Of a stretch of 64,000 nt of DNA, positions 12,592-26,256 are shown piece after piece (the stretch's first letter is position 1; each line of letters starts with the position of its first letter). The notes below the pieces were generated by a model that worked only from the letters and a program-made list of their open reading frames with translations, did no database searches and was not told where the DNA came from. The stretch spans positions 77,314,001 through 77,378,000 of the forward strand of contig NC_042998.1 of NCBI RefSeq assembly GCF_006345805.1, in the 5' to 3' direction. Source of the DNA: Octopus sinensis (Eukaryota). A program made the position numbers and the translations under genes.

Positions 12592-13458
12592 GCTCTCCCG
12601 GGGTTTTACGCAACGCTTATTGCATGACTATATGTGTGAGCATGTATGTCTGCATGCTTGCATGCACGTGTGCATGTATGTATGTGTCTGTTTCTTGAAA
12701 CGTAGGCTAGTCTATTTCTATATATAAGTGTATGCGATTTAATAACCTATTTACTATAAACAAGTTCGTATATCTATTTTACACACACTCTTTCTGTGTC
12801 TCACTCTCTCTCTCTTCCTTATATTTAAAGCTTTATGCTTACATTTGTTTTCCGTCGCATTCAAGATTATGCTTTTTGATCGTCTATGATGTTACTTTGT
12901 ATATTCATGCTCTCTGTTACTTACCTGGAGCTATTAAGAGATTTCGTTCAATTTCAGATCTTACATTGAGAGGTATCATTCCATAGGGTTCCTCTACTCG
13001 CACAAATATTATTCCCGAATATACCCCAAAGGAAAATACCATTTTACAGTCTCTATGAGCACAAATACGTATGTTCATTTATAACATTATTAATAATAAT
13101 TCAATTATATGTACAGGGAAAATATTTATTCAGTTATAACTTCCTGATAAACATCATATCATTTTCATACTTGTAGTAATATTTGCTTTATTTATTCTGC
13201 AGTGTGCTATTACAAAAGTATTGACGCAGAAGCAGTAGAAAAAGTCAGAAATTCAGAAATTAAAGAAAGAAGGTCGGGCGGCTGGTTTATAAGGTGTTAA
13301 GCGAAACTTTGCCATTGAACCTTATGGCGCTATTTTTTGATGCGATGCGGGAATTGGTTATGTGGAGACCCGAAACCGTCTCCGGCACATGAGCAGCAAT
13401 TTACTACTAAAAATATGCTTCTCATGAACAGTAAAAATCTTTTCAACATTGAATAAAA

Positions 13459-14051
<593 letters not shown>

Positions 14052-15097
14052 TAGATATATTCATATATGCTTAAATGATAAACTTCAGGAAAGTTTTTCA
14101 GATATTTTCAGTTCCAGTGATGGTTTGAATCTGTAATCTTCGAATTAGTTTTATCCTTTCTGGATTGTTTTGAGAAGCCTATTTCTCAAGATTGGTATTT
14201 AGGTAGTGTGTTACACATCTCAGTGCCCCAATAAATACAGATATAAACCTGAACTTGTAATTCGCCTAGAGTAAATCAAAATTCTTCAATTTTTCAGTTT
14301 AAGTGTTTTCTTTTTCGCAGATCTTTAGCTTTATGTTAGCATCCACTGGACAGCGTTTCCACAAATGTACACAGTTTCTCTTCTCAGTCCTAAATTACAC
14401 TGACAGCTCTATTACGTTTACATTTTATTGAGATTTTCACTGGGACATTCACCAGTACATCTTTCTGTTATGAGTGGATATGTATGTATGCATTGATGTA
14501 TGTGTGTATGTATATATATATATATATATATTCACTCTCACACACACACACACACACGCACGCACACACACATACACACATACGCAAAACACACATACAC
14601 ACATATGTATAATTATATAGAAGTGGTGAAGGGCTTCTAACTCAATATACTTGTTTATAGAAATATAATACATTTATAAATGTGTATATGCAATCATTGA
14701 TTCCAAAGAGCATGCCTACCATTTAGGATGAAACTTTATGAACTTTAACACCACCTTGTCAGATCATCAAGCATTATTATACTTTCCATATTTAAAGTTT
14801 GCTTTGTTTTGGTTCGTGACTGATTTATAAAAATTAAAGCATTTCTATATCTGTATTGTCAAGAAGTATAAGTCTCGTTCTTCTCTTTTCATTTATGTAT
14901 GTTCAAGAATTGTACAAATGAAAGTAATATGGCCTAAGGTTACTAATTGACTTCCAGTTGGCATATGTATATATGATGTTAGGGAAGAGTAAACGCAGTT
15001 ACCATCTGTTGAGAAATATATGAAAGTAGAAGTTGTGCAATATATAGAGAGGCATATTTTGAGGATGGTTAACTGTTTCTAATCGTTTATCGAAACT

Positions 15098-15315
15098 AAG
15101 ACACGATCTGGCAGAATCGTTAGCACGCCAGTCGAAATACTTAACGGTATTCCGTCTGCTTTCATATTCTGAGTTAAAATTCCTCCGAGGTCGACTTTAT
15201 CTTCCATTCTTTCGGAGTGAATAGAATAAGTACCAGTTGAGTACTGAACTCTATGTAATTGATTTACTGCCTCCTCTGAAATCGCTGACCTTATGCAAAA
15301 AATTGATATCAATAA
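15098..15315 (+). mobile_element. tRNA-derived SINE monomer
   Basis: Head CTGGCAGAATCGTTAGCACG...TTCTGAGTTAAAATTCC..GAGGTCGAC and body AAGTACCAGTTGAGTACTG. Homologous to the copies at 40.1 and 43.2 kb. Confidence 0.8.
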
Positions 15316-16689
15316 TTTATCAAAACCATAATTATAGCCACCAGTGTAACTTTTATATAATTACAATCACCAACGTGACATTCATATATATCTCTCCCAT
15401 ATTGGGATTGTTGCTTGGATTCGATAATGACCTAGTGGGTATAATGTGACAGAGAATGCAGCAACAAGATCAAGAGTGCTTTTTGTATGCATGAATGATA
15501 CTAATGATATTCTAAAGTATATGAACAGGATGTCATGAACACTGTTCTTCATAACGAAACACGCGGTGCGAAGTACAAGCAAATGGTATCAGAAAGAGGG
15601 AGCATCAAGTTCAAACTGATTTGTGTATAAGGACGTTCACGATCTCGACCAGTTCAGCCAAGAGCTGGCATCAGTTGTCATTAGCAAACAAGATATTAAC
15701 ATAATCTTAATATATATCATAAATATACTACCTCCAGTAGATATGAGCATTATTTCTTTAGGCTAGAGACAAAATTTCCGAATTTAGTCCAGTATTAAGT
15801 GCATATACAAGAAAACAAAATAATCAGATATCAGTATACTCAAGAGGTGGTGTAGATATAAATATTAAAATAGAAGCAAATTATATAGTAATATATCATT
15901 GTAAAGGGTAACTGCGTAAAAGACTATTGAATAAATAAATAAAATAATAAAACGTAAGCTAGCTTACCCGGAAATTAACTCTATCTCAGCGTCTACGATC
16001 ATCACATTTGGAAATATTGATTGGATACGACTCCATAAAGCACTCACTTGTGCGAATACTATAGCTTCAAAAATGACCTCACTCGATCAATAGGGCATCA
16101 AGCGATATCATTACTATAAATACTACCATAGAAAATTACAATATTTTAAGTAGCATTCTTCCTTTCTAGAAGAACAGACGTGTTAGTGAATCAAATTCAA
16201 GATTAAAACATCCTATATTTTCTGCGTATATCTAACGTTAGTTTTCTTTGTGAGTTCCATTCGCTCTGATATCAACAGATGTTTTTCAATATTCCTGATT
16301 GCTGTGTTTGTTGAATAACGCCACTGGAACCCTGATCGAAAATACCTTATCAAAGACAATCCAGCCATGATCATGCAGGTTTTACCCTGCACAAGACACA
16401 CAGAAAAAATACAATGTGTTCCTTCATAAGATGGGAGGGTGCAGATTGATAAACATTTGGCGACTGTTTTCAGCAGATGGTGCAATGAAGCAGAAACTTA
16501 CCCGTTTGTTCCTTTCTCGTAGTTGATAGAGTAGACACATTTGAAGATTTAATCGACTGCTTACTTTCTTTCAGTATGAGGGCTTATGCCAACATAAGAA
16601 GCAATATTATTGCAAAAAGTGCCAGAAAATTGGGAAAATCTATAACGCAAGAGAAAGCGCATTATATTATTAATTTTCTTCCACTCTAG

Positions 16690-16940
16690 GATCGCCATTG
16701 TGTGTTATACTTCAGAAGTTATATTTCTTATTGATTGTTATATTTCTGAAACCGAATTAAATTATTTCACTGGGGTTGCTGAGGTCAGTTTTTCCTCTAT
16801 TCTTTTGGAATCGATAAAAGAAACTACTAATCAAAGACGTTGCATTGGAGAAAGTGTAAAAGTGCCAGAAAAGATACCTCATGATACTTTTCCGGCTACT
16901 TGTGTTGTGAGATCAAATCCCGCCAAGGCCTATGTAGGTG
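16690..16940 (+). other. Candidate 251-nt spliced exon of unknown gene (low confidence)
   Basis: Acceptor TTTTCTTCCACTCTAG|G, donor GGTG|GTAAGA, and a single open frame of 83 codons. The 3' third overlaps a degenerate SINE head and no protein family is recognised. Confidence 0.22.
16845..16930 (+). mobile_element. Degenerate SINE head
   Basis: GTGAGATCAAATCCCGCCAAGG resembles the B-box region TGAGTTCAAATTCC..GAGG. The upstream sequence aligns loosely with the 15.1 kb copy. Confidence 0.4.
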
Positions 16941-18167
16941 GTAAGACTTAATCAATCGTCCAGATTAACACCTCTGTTAGCACCTTAAAATTATTCATTG
17001 TTTAATTAAATGCCGTCACATTATAACAGAGAGAAATTACTTGTTGGTTACACAGCAGTGAGGCGTCATTGTTTCACACCACAGCAGCTTTGATAATTTT
17101 TATAAGTGATGCACTTTTGAAGAGATTGCGTATACAGGAAAATACAATCTTTACAGATGGCCGCGTTACTTCAAGTGGGTATGTGCCATTCATCAGTTTT
17201 GTAGAAATTATCTCTCCATTACACGTATTGCAGCTCATCACGTATCAATACATTAAATCGCACACATGTGTTCTACAAACTACGAAATAATGGAAATAAT
17301 AGCCCATATTCTACTTCCAAAATAACTAGAAACTATTTTACTATGTATTCATAGTAGGTCAACTCCTTTTAATGCAAACACAGAGAGAAAAGTTTTAATA
17401 TAGTAAACCAATCTTTACGCCATATATCTTTTGTGATGAAACCTGACAAACATTATAACAAATAGCATTTTAATGAGATCCACCTCAACAAACCAGCCAC
17501 TAACTGAGATATTGTCTTTTGTTATGCCCTGTATTTGGGTCATGTCATTACAGTACTGATCACTTCGCAAATCCCGGAAAGTTCAATAAAATACTTGTCA
17601 ATAACTTACTGAATTTAATTAAGTAGGCAAATCAGTTCACTAAACTTAGTGAAGTCTGCTGAATTGGATTGCGAAAACGGTACAGCATCGGACAAAATAC
17701 CTTGCAATTTTTATTTATGCACTTTTATTTTCAGAATAGAAATCCCCGCAATGTTGAAGTTACCTTCATATTTTGTTGTCACTAAAATAATTACCACTAA
17801 AGTAATAGAAATGCTGTCTTCAATTGAGTAGGCTGTTCCTTCTTCAAAAATTGATTCTTCTTTCTCACATACTTTACAGAATATGTTATTCATATTCTGC
17901 AGCCATGCCAGTACCATTATTTCACATTATATTTTCTGGTTTGCACAACCAGCGAGCCCAAAATTGCTTGTGGAACATATCTAACTCAAGTGCAAACTTG
18001 TTGTGGTAACTTTGAGGAGGACGTGAAGTGCTTTGGTCTCTTTTCAATTTGCCAGTATTAATGTTTGTGGCAACTATATCTAAAATAGGTTAAAATCGTA
18101 GGCATGGTGAAATTTATTTCTTAGATAGGTAATGCCCAGAAGAGGAAGCTTATGGAAGTAACATTGA

Positions 18168-18168
18168 T

Positions 18169-18238
<70 letters not shown>

Positions 18239-18321
18239 CATACATATATAAACATATACATATAAATACATACACACACACGCACGCATGCATACACACG
18301 CACCTATACACACGCACGCAT

Positions 18322-18389
<68 letters not shown>

Positions 18390-18393
18390 GCGC
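18168..18393. repeat. (CA)n/(TA)n/(CG)9 compound microsatellite
   Basis: Direct inspection; (CG)9 at 18375-18392. Confidence 0.95.
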
Positions 18394-18403
18394 AAACAGC
18401 ACA

Positions 18404-18443
18404 AACTCTTACTCGGTTTCACGTGACCGTTCGTCAGACAGCC
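18404..18443 (-). ncRNA. Candidate minimal type I hammerhead ribozyme (PLE-type), catalytic core intact
   Basis: Minus strand GGCTGT-CTGACGA-ACG(GTCA)CGT-GAAAC-CGA-GTA-AGAGTT. The CUGAnGA, GAAA and GUH core is present. Stem II has 3 bp, stem III 2 bp, and stem I is imperfect. Confidence 0.45.
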
Positions 18444-19462
18444 GCGATAATGCGTATTAAAAATATTATGACTGTCTGAGGATCTGTCATGTGAAAGTCT
18501 CTCTATGTATATATATTAGTTTGTATATATAAATTGTGTATATATATGTATATATATATTGGAAATTTAAGAGTGTGCAAATTTTATTATTAATAAATTT
18601 GATGAACTGAGAATTAAAAAAGCTGCAAATACGATTCGCAGAACTCTTCTACACGTTAAACCTATTCTAGAAATAAATTCTTGCATGTAAGTAACATAAT
18701 TTAAAAAATTATTTTCTAGTAGAGAGCCTACTACAAACAATAGAAATAAATTTAATTTAAAGAAACTGAGCATACACTATTTTATTGTTTGATCAATATC
18801 GAACTGGTTGCGAAAATAAAATAAAATGAGTAGAATATTTTTATATTTGCAAAAAATATCCTTTTCATATTTGTATTATTTTCTCTAGTTTTGATAATAA
18901 GCCTCTTTGTAACACATCACTCTTTCTAATTAAGACATGATGATAAATTCCTTTATTAAATCATTTAATTATTGAATTAATTAAGTTATAAATCAATTTA
19001 TAATTTATATTGAATATACGAATTTCCTTCTGATTCGGAGTGTAGCAACTTCATAATTAATCTTAATACGTTTTAGTATGACTATTCATTATTTTTCTAC
19101 GTATAAACTATCGCTATTTTCATTCATAAATTGAAAATAACCAGTTCGTCAGAATTTTAATTTAAATCAATGATTCCTGTAATTAAATTAAAGTAGCATA
19201 ATATGTCTAGGAATTGAATGTCTATTAGAACTACTATTAGGATTACTAATATCTAAATTTCATGTATGTCAGAGTGCGCCTGAACCAATCAAATTTATCG
19301 GCATCTGCATTTCACTATATTTGTGTCGCAATCTGTAGTTCTGTATTAACGGTTATTACAGTTTTGTTCTAGGTATTTTAATTATAACTATTTCAAAGTG
19401 TTAATGTCTTTCTCTACTAAATTTTTTCTAAGTTTTCCAAATTCCTTATGTATTAATTTGAT

Positions 19463-20748
19463 ATACGGAAGATTTCAAAATGCAGCAGATTTTAATTTTT
19501 CCCGCCAAAACTGATGCTGCATGAGCAAATTCCTTTATGCGGAAGGTGATGTCACCCTTCCTGCGCATGTGTGAAAATATGCGTATCGGTTCGCCGTACC
19601 AGTGCTTGTATGTTACGCCTGGAGTATAGGCATGTAGTGCGAGCTCGTCGGATTTTCGTTTTCAGGTACGATAGATGAATGCATCGAGAAGAGATATTGC
19701 GTCTAGTTTTGCCAAAAGGCTGTTGATACTCAATCTCAAGTCATTCAGAAGACTCAGCCGAGCCTTGTCGATAATGCCAAAAACTCAGGACGAGTGTCAC
19801 AACAGCTTCAAACATGGCCGCACTTCATTAGAGAGCGCAGACAAGCCGATTCAAAAAGTTCGGTGAACAGTCATGGAAAGCCGTCACATAAGAACATAGG
19901 AACATAGGAAAGTACTCTCGAAGTGAGAATAAACACAACATCAGTGCATTCCATTTTAGCAGAAGGTTTGTGCAAGCAGAGTGTGTCGGCGAAATTTACC
20001 TCCAAGGTGCTGGCGGAGTAGCAGAAATAACTACACTCAGGACATGCTGGACTGTGCAAAAGTACGATCTAGACATCATGAAGACCATCATCGCAGGTGA
20101 CGAGACATGTTTATGGTTATGACCCTGAAACCAGATTCCAGTTTTCGTAATGAAAGCATCCGTCATCACCAAGGCCCCAAAAAGCACAATAGGTTCGCAG
20201 CAATGTGAAGGTAATGTTGGCACGTTTCTTTGACTGCCGTGCATCATGAATACGCAGCGCAAGGGCAAACAATCAATAAGGAATACTGCCCGGGGGTTAT
20301 ACGTTGCCATCGTGATGCTGTGCATCGAATGCATCGGGCATGTGGTGGGAGACATATTGGCAACTTCGCCACGACAATGCGGCTGCTAATTTTACCCACA
20401 TAACCCGAGATTCCCTGATCAAGAGCAACACACTATTCGTTCAACAGGCGCCCTACACTCCAGTGTAGGCACCGTGTGACTTCTGGTTTTTCTGCAAACT
20501 GAAAAACCAAGCTGAAAGTGAAGCGATTGGAATCGTGAGAGAAAATTATGAGAAAATCGACGTCGGAGCGCTATAGCATTTCAGAGAAAGCGTCACAGAA
20601 GTGTTTCTAGCACTGGTAGAAACGTTAGAAGTTTGTGATCTTCCAAGGGAAATATTTTGAAGGCGACTGTATAAAATTTGTGAAATGTACAAATGGTTTT
20701 CGTTTTTTAATGTCCGGCGGTTGGATACTTTATTTCTTGCATCTCGTA
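19463..20748 (+). mobile_element. Full-length decayed mariner transposon, different subfamily (irritans/Hsmar2-like)
   Basis: Across frames: IIAGDET, YGYDPET, WKHPSSPRP, NVKVML, HDNA, APYTP.APCDFWFF. The right end ...GCATCTCGTA and the left end TACGGAAG... are degenerate TACGAG-type TIRs. Confidence 0.85.
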
Positions 20749-22323
20749 TTACTCGTTTTGCTACAATTTATTCGTTTATAAAGCTGCAGTAATTAAATTG
20801 AAAATATTTCTATATTGTTGAAATGGAGAGCATAAATTTAACGCTTATCTTATCAGTATATATATATGACATACAAGGCACCACACACTACACAATGTAA
20901 TTGAATGTATAGTCTCTTTGGCTAATGGCCTCTACTGCATACTTCAAGCATAGATGGTGTCTGTATTGGATCGTTGTCGCTACTTTTCGTAGATAATAAA
21001 GGCCCAACGCTAATATTCGATTCTGTGTTTTCAGTCTTTTCATTGTATTTACACTCTATTTACTTTTTCCATAATGGACACCCACGCTTCACTTATATCT
21101 CCGATTTTACAGCTGGCACACCCATTTTCTGCTCTCATCTTGGTGACACTATATACAGTTCTAATTGACTGATTGAAATCAACCTACTTTCATATTTGAA
21201 TTAGTAATATATTCTTTTTATTCTTATTATGCTACAAAGCACTTCAAAATAGCAGAATATCATTTATATATTGAAATTATGGTTCAATCTGAAGGTTTCA
21301 CGGATGGAATCGAATTATTGCATAATATTATCATTTCGTGTTTGTGATGAGCGTATTTGAAAACCTGATAAGCTTAAAAGGAAGTTTTCTCAGAAATCCT
21401 GTCCTTTATCTCTTCTTTCTAGCATGTCCGAGGTGATATTTCCGGCCCCGCCGGTTATTTGTTTCCTAAATTTCTTCCGATTCCTATGTTTGCTACACAG
21501 GAGAGTAGGATTTCACCTACAAAATAGGTTCTCAATATTTTAATATTCTCCCTCTCCACATTACCAAGGAGAAACCTTCGCAGATATTATATGCTAGAGA
21601 AATCATTAAGTTCATGTATGGACATGATTAGCATAAATCAGGACCGTTATGATAAATTACTTAATTAGCTCTGATTAATAGTATTACATATCAAAGGCTT
21701 TTCAATCTGATAGTTCTCACAGTACCCTCCATAGGCCATACTTAGCAGAAGAAGAAAACTCAGCATATAATTTCAAATAAATAAATGAATAAATAGATAG
21801 ATGAATAAATAATTTAAAATCTGTTGTTCAGTCCAGCTACTGCTTACTAAAGGGTTCTATAAAATTTGATATCTTTTAATTGGAACTTGGATTTTAAAGC
21901 TTGGGATAATATATCTTGTTCGTAATTATTGATTAAGCTATACAAAATTAATTAGATTTTAATGGTAGTTATAATAACTATAAATAAATAATGTACCTAG
22001 CTATTTACTTCAGTGAAGCTGACGACAGTAGAAAAGGTAAATCCGACTAAGTGACAAATCCTGAGAATATCATTTACACGTCTTAGGTATAGTGATAAAG
22101 AGTTAGCTTCGGACCTCACCAAGGTTTGCGATACTTTTCTCCATAAGAATAATAAGTACGTGCTAAGAAAATATGCTTCTCTGAGTTTCATATTCCAAGG
22201 AATAGTTATACGTATACAATATCACGTTACATATTATATATATATAATATATATACTTACATGCATACACACGTACACAATTATTCATGTGTATACATAT
22301 ATGAACGTTCATATAATACTTTA

Positions 22324-22396
<73 letters not shown>

Positions 22397-22799
22397 TATT
22401 TGCTGGTTAAGGTGACAACCATTAGTTTCATGTCGTGAATCCTTAGCAATTATCAAGCCTTGCCACTTTGGGACGTTTGTAAGTCTCACCATCTTGAATG
22501 ATGGATGGTACAACGTAGCTACATGATACTTTGCGGAAATTTCGATAAGCAAAATAAATATATAGATCAGGGGAAACAGCTCTTAATTCCTATCTCACTT
22601 GTATTAGACTAGATGACAGCCTTGTTAGTTCTCAAATAAAAAAATATTTGATCCCCAATACAGTGTGGATCATTCAGTCACACTGTTCAATATTTGCATG
22701 TAAATGCGTACACACACGCACACACATACACACACTTACACACACACATAAGTATAAACACACAGACACACATAAATACACACACACACCCACAAATAT

Positions 22800-23209
22800 A
22801 TATTAATATTTGTCGCCAAGCTAATAGAGCAATCCAGAAATATAGAACAAATACTGCGTTGATTAGCTCCAAGAGGCCATAGCCTCTAGCTAGCTATGTG
22901 ACACACTAACCTGTGTCCATTATAACCTTCGAACAGGGGAGGTCAGACGCTTCTCCGTGCTGGTCAGGCATCTGCAGACTAGTTTCAGGGTTTTTGCCCC
23001 TTATCAATGCAGAGCAGCCGATAAGGGGCAAATATCCTGAAAATAATCTGCAGGTGCCTGTCCAGCAGGGGGAAGCGGCTGACTGCCCCCTTTCGAAGGT
23101 TATAATGGACACAAGTTCGTGTGTCACATAGCCTCTTGGAGCTAATCAACGGCAGCATTCGTCCTATATTTCTGGACTGCCATATTAGCTCGGCAATAAC
23201 TATTAATAT
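22800..23209. repeat. 410-bp foldback (MITE-like palindrome)
   Basis: The arms pair along the whole length around a 14-nt loop (TGCCCCTTATC-loop-GATAAGGGGCA). The left arm carries a ~16-nt extra segment near 22878-22893. Confidence 0.9.
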
Positions 23210-23260
23210 CCAGCACCACTACCATAGTCTCCTTCAGAGAGACTTAGAAATATTTATATT

Positions 23261-23308
<48 letters not shown>

Positions 23309-23486
23309 TTTATACCAGTGAGTGGTTGGGAAATACATGTGTTATTTAATCAGAATGTGATTCAGCTCCATGCACTGTAAAATACCGCGACTCCACCACG
23401 CCTATGAGCTAGGCCCCTTTGAGGAGCCTGTGAAGCTTTAATACTTAGAGCCGAACGGAATTACTATTAAATAATATACATAATAT

Positions 23487-23534
<48 letters not shown>

Positions 23535-23569
23535 CACACATATATATATATATATATACACATATATGA

Positions 23570-23932
23570 GTTTTTTTCTTCTGCTGTTCTACTTGTCTTG
23601 GTCATCTCCGGTCATGCTGGAATGCTGCCTGAAAGGGTTTTAGTCGAAGAAAGTGACACTAGGACACTTTGTATGCCTAGTACGTATTCTGTCGTACCTC
23701 TTTTGCTGAACTGTTAGGTTATGGGGACGTAAACAAGCCAGCATCGGTTGACAAGCGATGCTTGGGGACAAACACAGACAAGCATTTGATTTTCGTCTAC
23801 CAAATCCACTGACAAGGCTTTTGTCGACACGAGACTATAGTAGAAGACACTTGCCCAAGGTTCCATGCAGTGTGACTGAAACCGGTACCATGTGGTTGGG
23901 AAACAAGTCTCTTATCACACTGCCATCGCAAT
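23570..23932 (-). mobile_element. Third tRNA-derived SINE family, full length
   Basis: Minus-strand head ...CAACCACATGGTACCGGTTTCAGTCACACTGCATGGAACCTTGGGCAAGTGTCTTCTACTATAG. The body is homologous to 50.8-51.3 kb and 62.9-63.1 kb. Confidence 0.8.
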
Positions 23933-24034
23933 CATTAACATTTATGTATTAACTTTGTTGGGTACTTCACTAGCAGTATATTGGATATATGTTATCCCAT
24001 GGAGGGTTGCATTTACAACCCCTATCTCAAGTTG

Positions 24035-24113
<79 letters not shown>

Positions 24114-25957
24114 TGTATGTGTATGTGTATTTCCACATATGTGTGTACCGCATTCCGAAGAATGTTTTACAGAATCTATGTCTTTACCTCAAACTCAGTA
24201 AGAGCTATAACTGTTCACTTACATACTATAACACTTAAATATTACAGTTTTTTTTTATATAGAAAGTACGTATAGAGGCACATCGTTGTATGTTACACTG
24301 TAATGAAAATACTTCATTGACCGATTTTCAAATGGACACTAACACACCTTACCCCCTACTCCCTCAGTGGAATTCCTGAAATGATACACACTACCCTGAA
24401 ATATGACGTCTGATGTCACCTTTAAATACATCCACCAATTACGTATCCCTTTGACTCTCTTAAAAATATAGCTTGACCCATATACCTCTTTACATATAAA
24501 GCTACCCGATTTTATCATCCCTACTCACATTCTCCTCGCAGGCATCAGTCGACTGCAATTCATGGAAAACTTCACTCCCATTAATGGTTCGACATTTTAC
24601 CGCAAATATGACAGGTGTACACCTCATCTCGCGACGTAATATTTCTTTCGAATTTAGTCACAAGGACAATACTTTCAGGAGAAGAGAAGGCTACGTCGAG
24701 AAATCGTAGATTAGTGGTAAAGCGCCACTTTCTCACGCGAAAACATTTGCCAGTTGTTACCAAATAATTAAGCGATGTGTAGTAAATGCATAAAATTTAG
24801 ATTAATTCATTACGCGTTTTTAAAGTTTCGTTGACTATCTTCTGGGATATATACAAGCTTCCATCGGAATCTAGATACATATTTGCTATATAGGTTAGGG
24901 CAATATATGGATTAAGATATACTGGCGTGACCTTTATTGTTGATATTACTTGCAGCTAGATTGGTTAATATTTCCCTATCTAAATTCTTTGTTCACATGT
25001 TATAACATTGTGAGAAAGTAGAAAATATATTAGACACGAGGATTTAATATTATTCCAAAATTCAAGACTTGAAAGAAAATACTAAGTAAAAATTGATTAT
25101 ATTTTATGTGCGTACTGTGTTATATTATGAATCAGCAAAATGCTATAAAGTACTGACAGTGTAGCATCAATAAAAATTATAGAATCTACAATCTAGTCGT
25201 TCAGTGTGAAGTCATCTCGTGTAAGTATATTTAATAAGTGTCTATTCTGAAATAAAGCATTGGCCAGTAAACAATTTCTACTACGCAATATCATTTTAAT
25301 TATTTGATAAATGTACAATTTATGTCAGGGCGTATTTCTATTTCTTTCGATTTTTGTTTGGTTTCATCAAGCTATAGAGATATATTATTATTTCTATGGA
25401 CAATAAGTTCAAGTGTGTCTATTTCAAGGATGACGTCAAACAGAGGTGGTATTGTCCATACTTTGTCCTAACTCATTAGCAGAACAAATTATATGATGTA
25501 TACCGTCACAAATCAATTGGCTAGTAATTTACAACTCATTCTAGGGTTTGCTCAGAAATCCAAGACATTGTTAATACAAGCGAGCAATAATGTTGTTATA
25601 CTTCTTAATGCTTGAATCAAGTTGCACTGGTTGTTATAAAAGTTCTTATCTTATCGCTTTAAGAATAGATTCCTCAAAAGTGAATCAGAGGACATATATT
25701 GATGAAACACAATATTAATTCTTTGCATGTGATATTTCACTAATAAGATTTTTTTAATGCTAGCTCCAAGATATAGATTATAATTATTGAATATAATGAT
25801 ATTGAAGAATATCAAACGTACGATCAGATACATTTAAGATATTCGTCTTGGTGTTCTTTTATAGACTTTATGAAATCAAAAGTGTGAACGGTTTTGGTAG
25901 TCTCTTGAATATATATGGAGGTTTCTTGAATATATATATATATATTCACTCAATATA

Positions 25958-26037
<80 letters not shown>

Positions 26038-26042
26038 GTCTG

Positions 26043-26096
<54 letters not shown>

Positions 26097-26097
26097 C

Positions 26098-26153
<56 letters not shown>

Positions 26154-26172
26154 GTATATATATATATATATA
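25958..26172. repeat. (GTCT)n/(ATCT)n/(AT)n microsatellite
   Basis: Direct inspection. Confidence 0.95.
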
Positions 26173-26256
26173 TCTACCTATCTGCCTGTCTGTCTATCTA
26201 TCTATGTAACTATCTATCATATATGCATACATACATATATATATATAATATGAATA

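Noticed and set aside
17711-17917. Minus-strand ORF with a hydrophobic stretch and GN resembling GPCR TM1
   Set aside because: It stops right after, with no TM2/TM3 motifs in any nearby frame.
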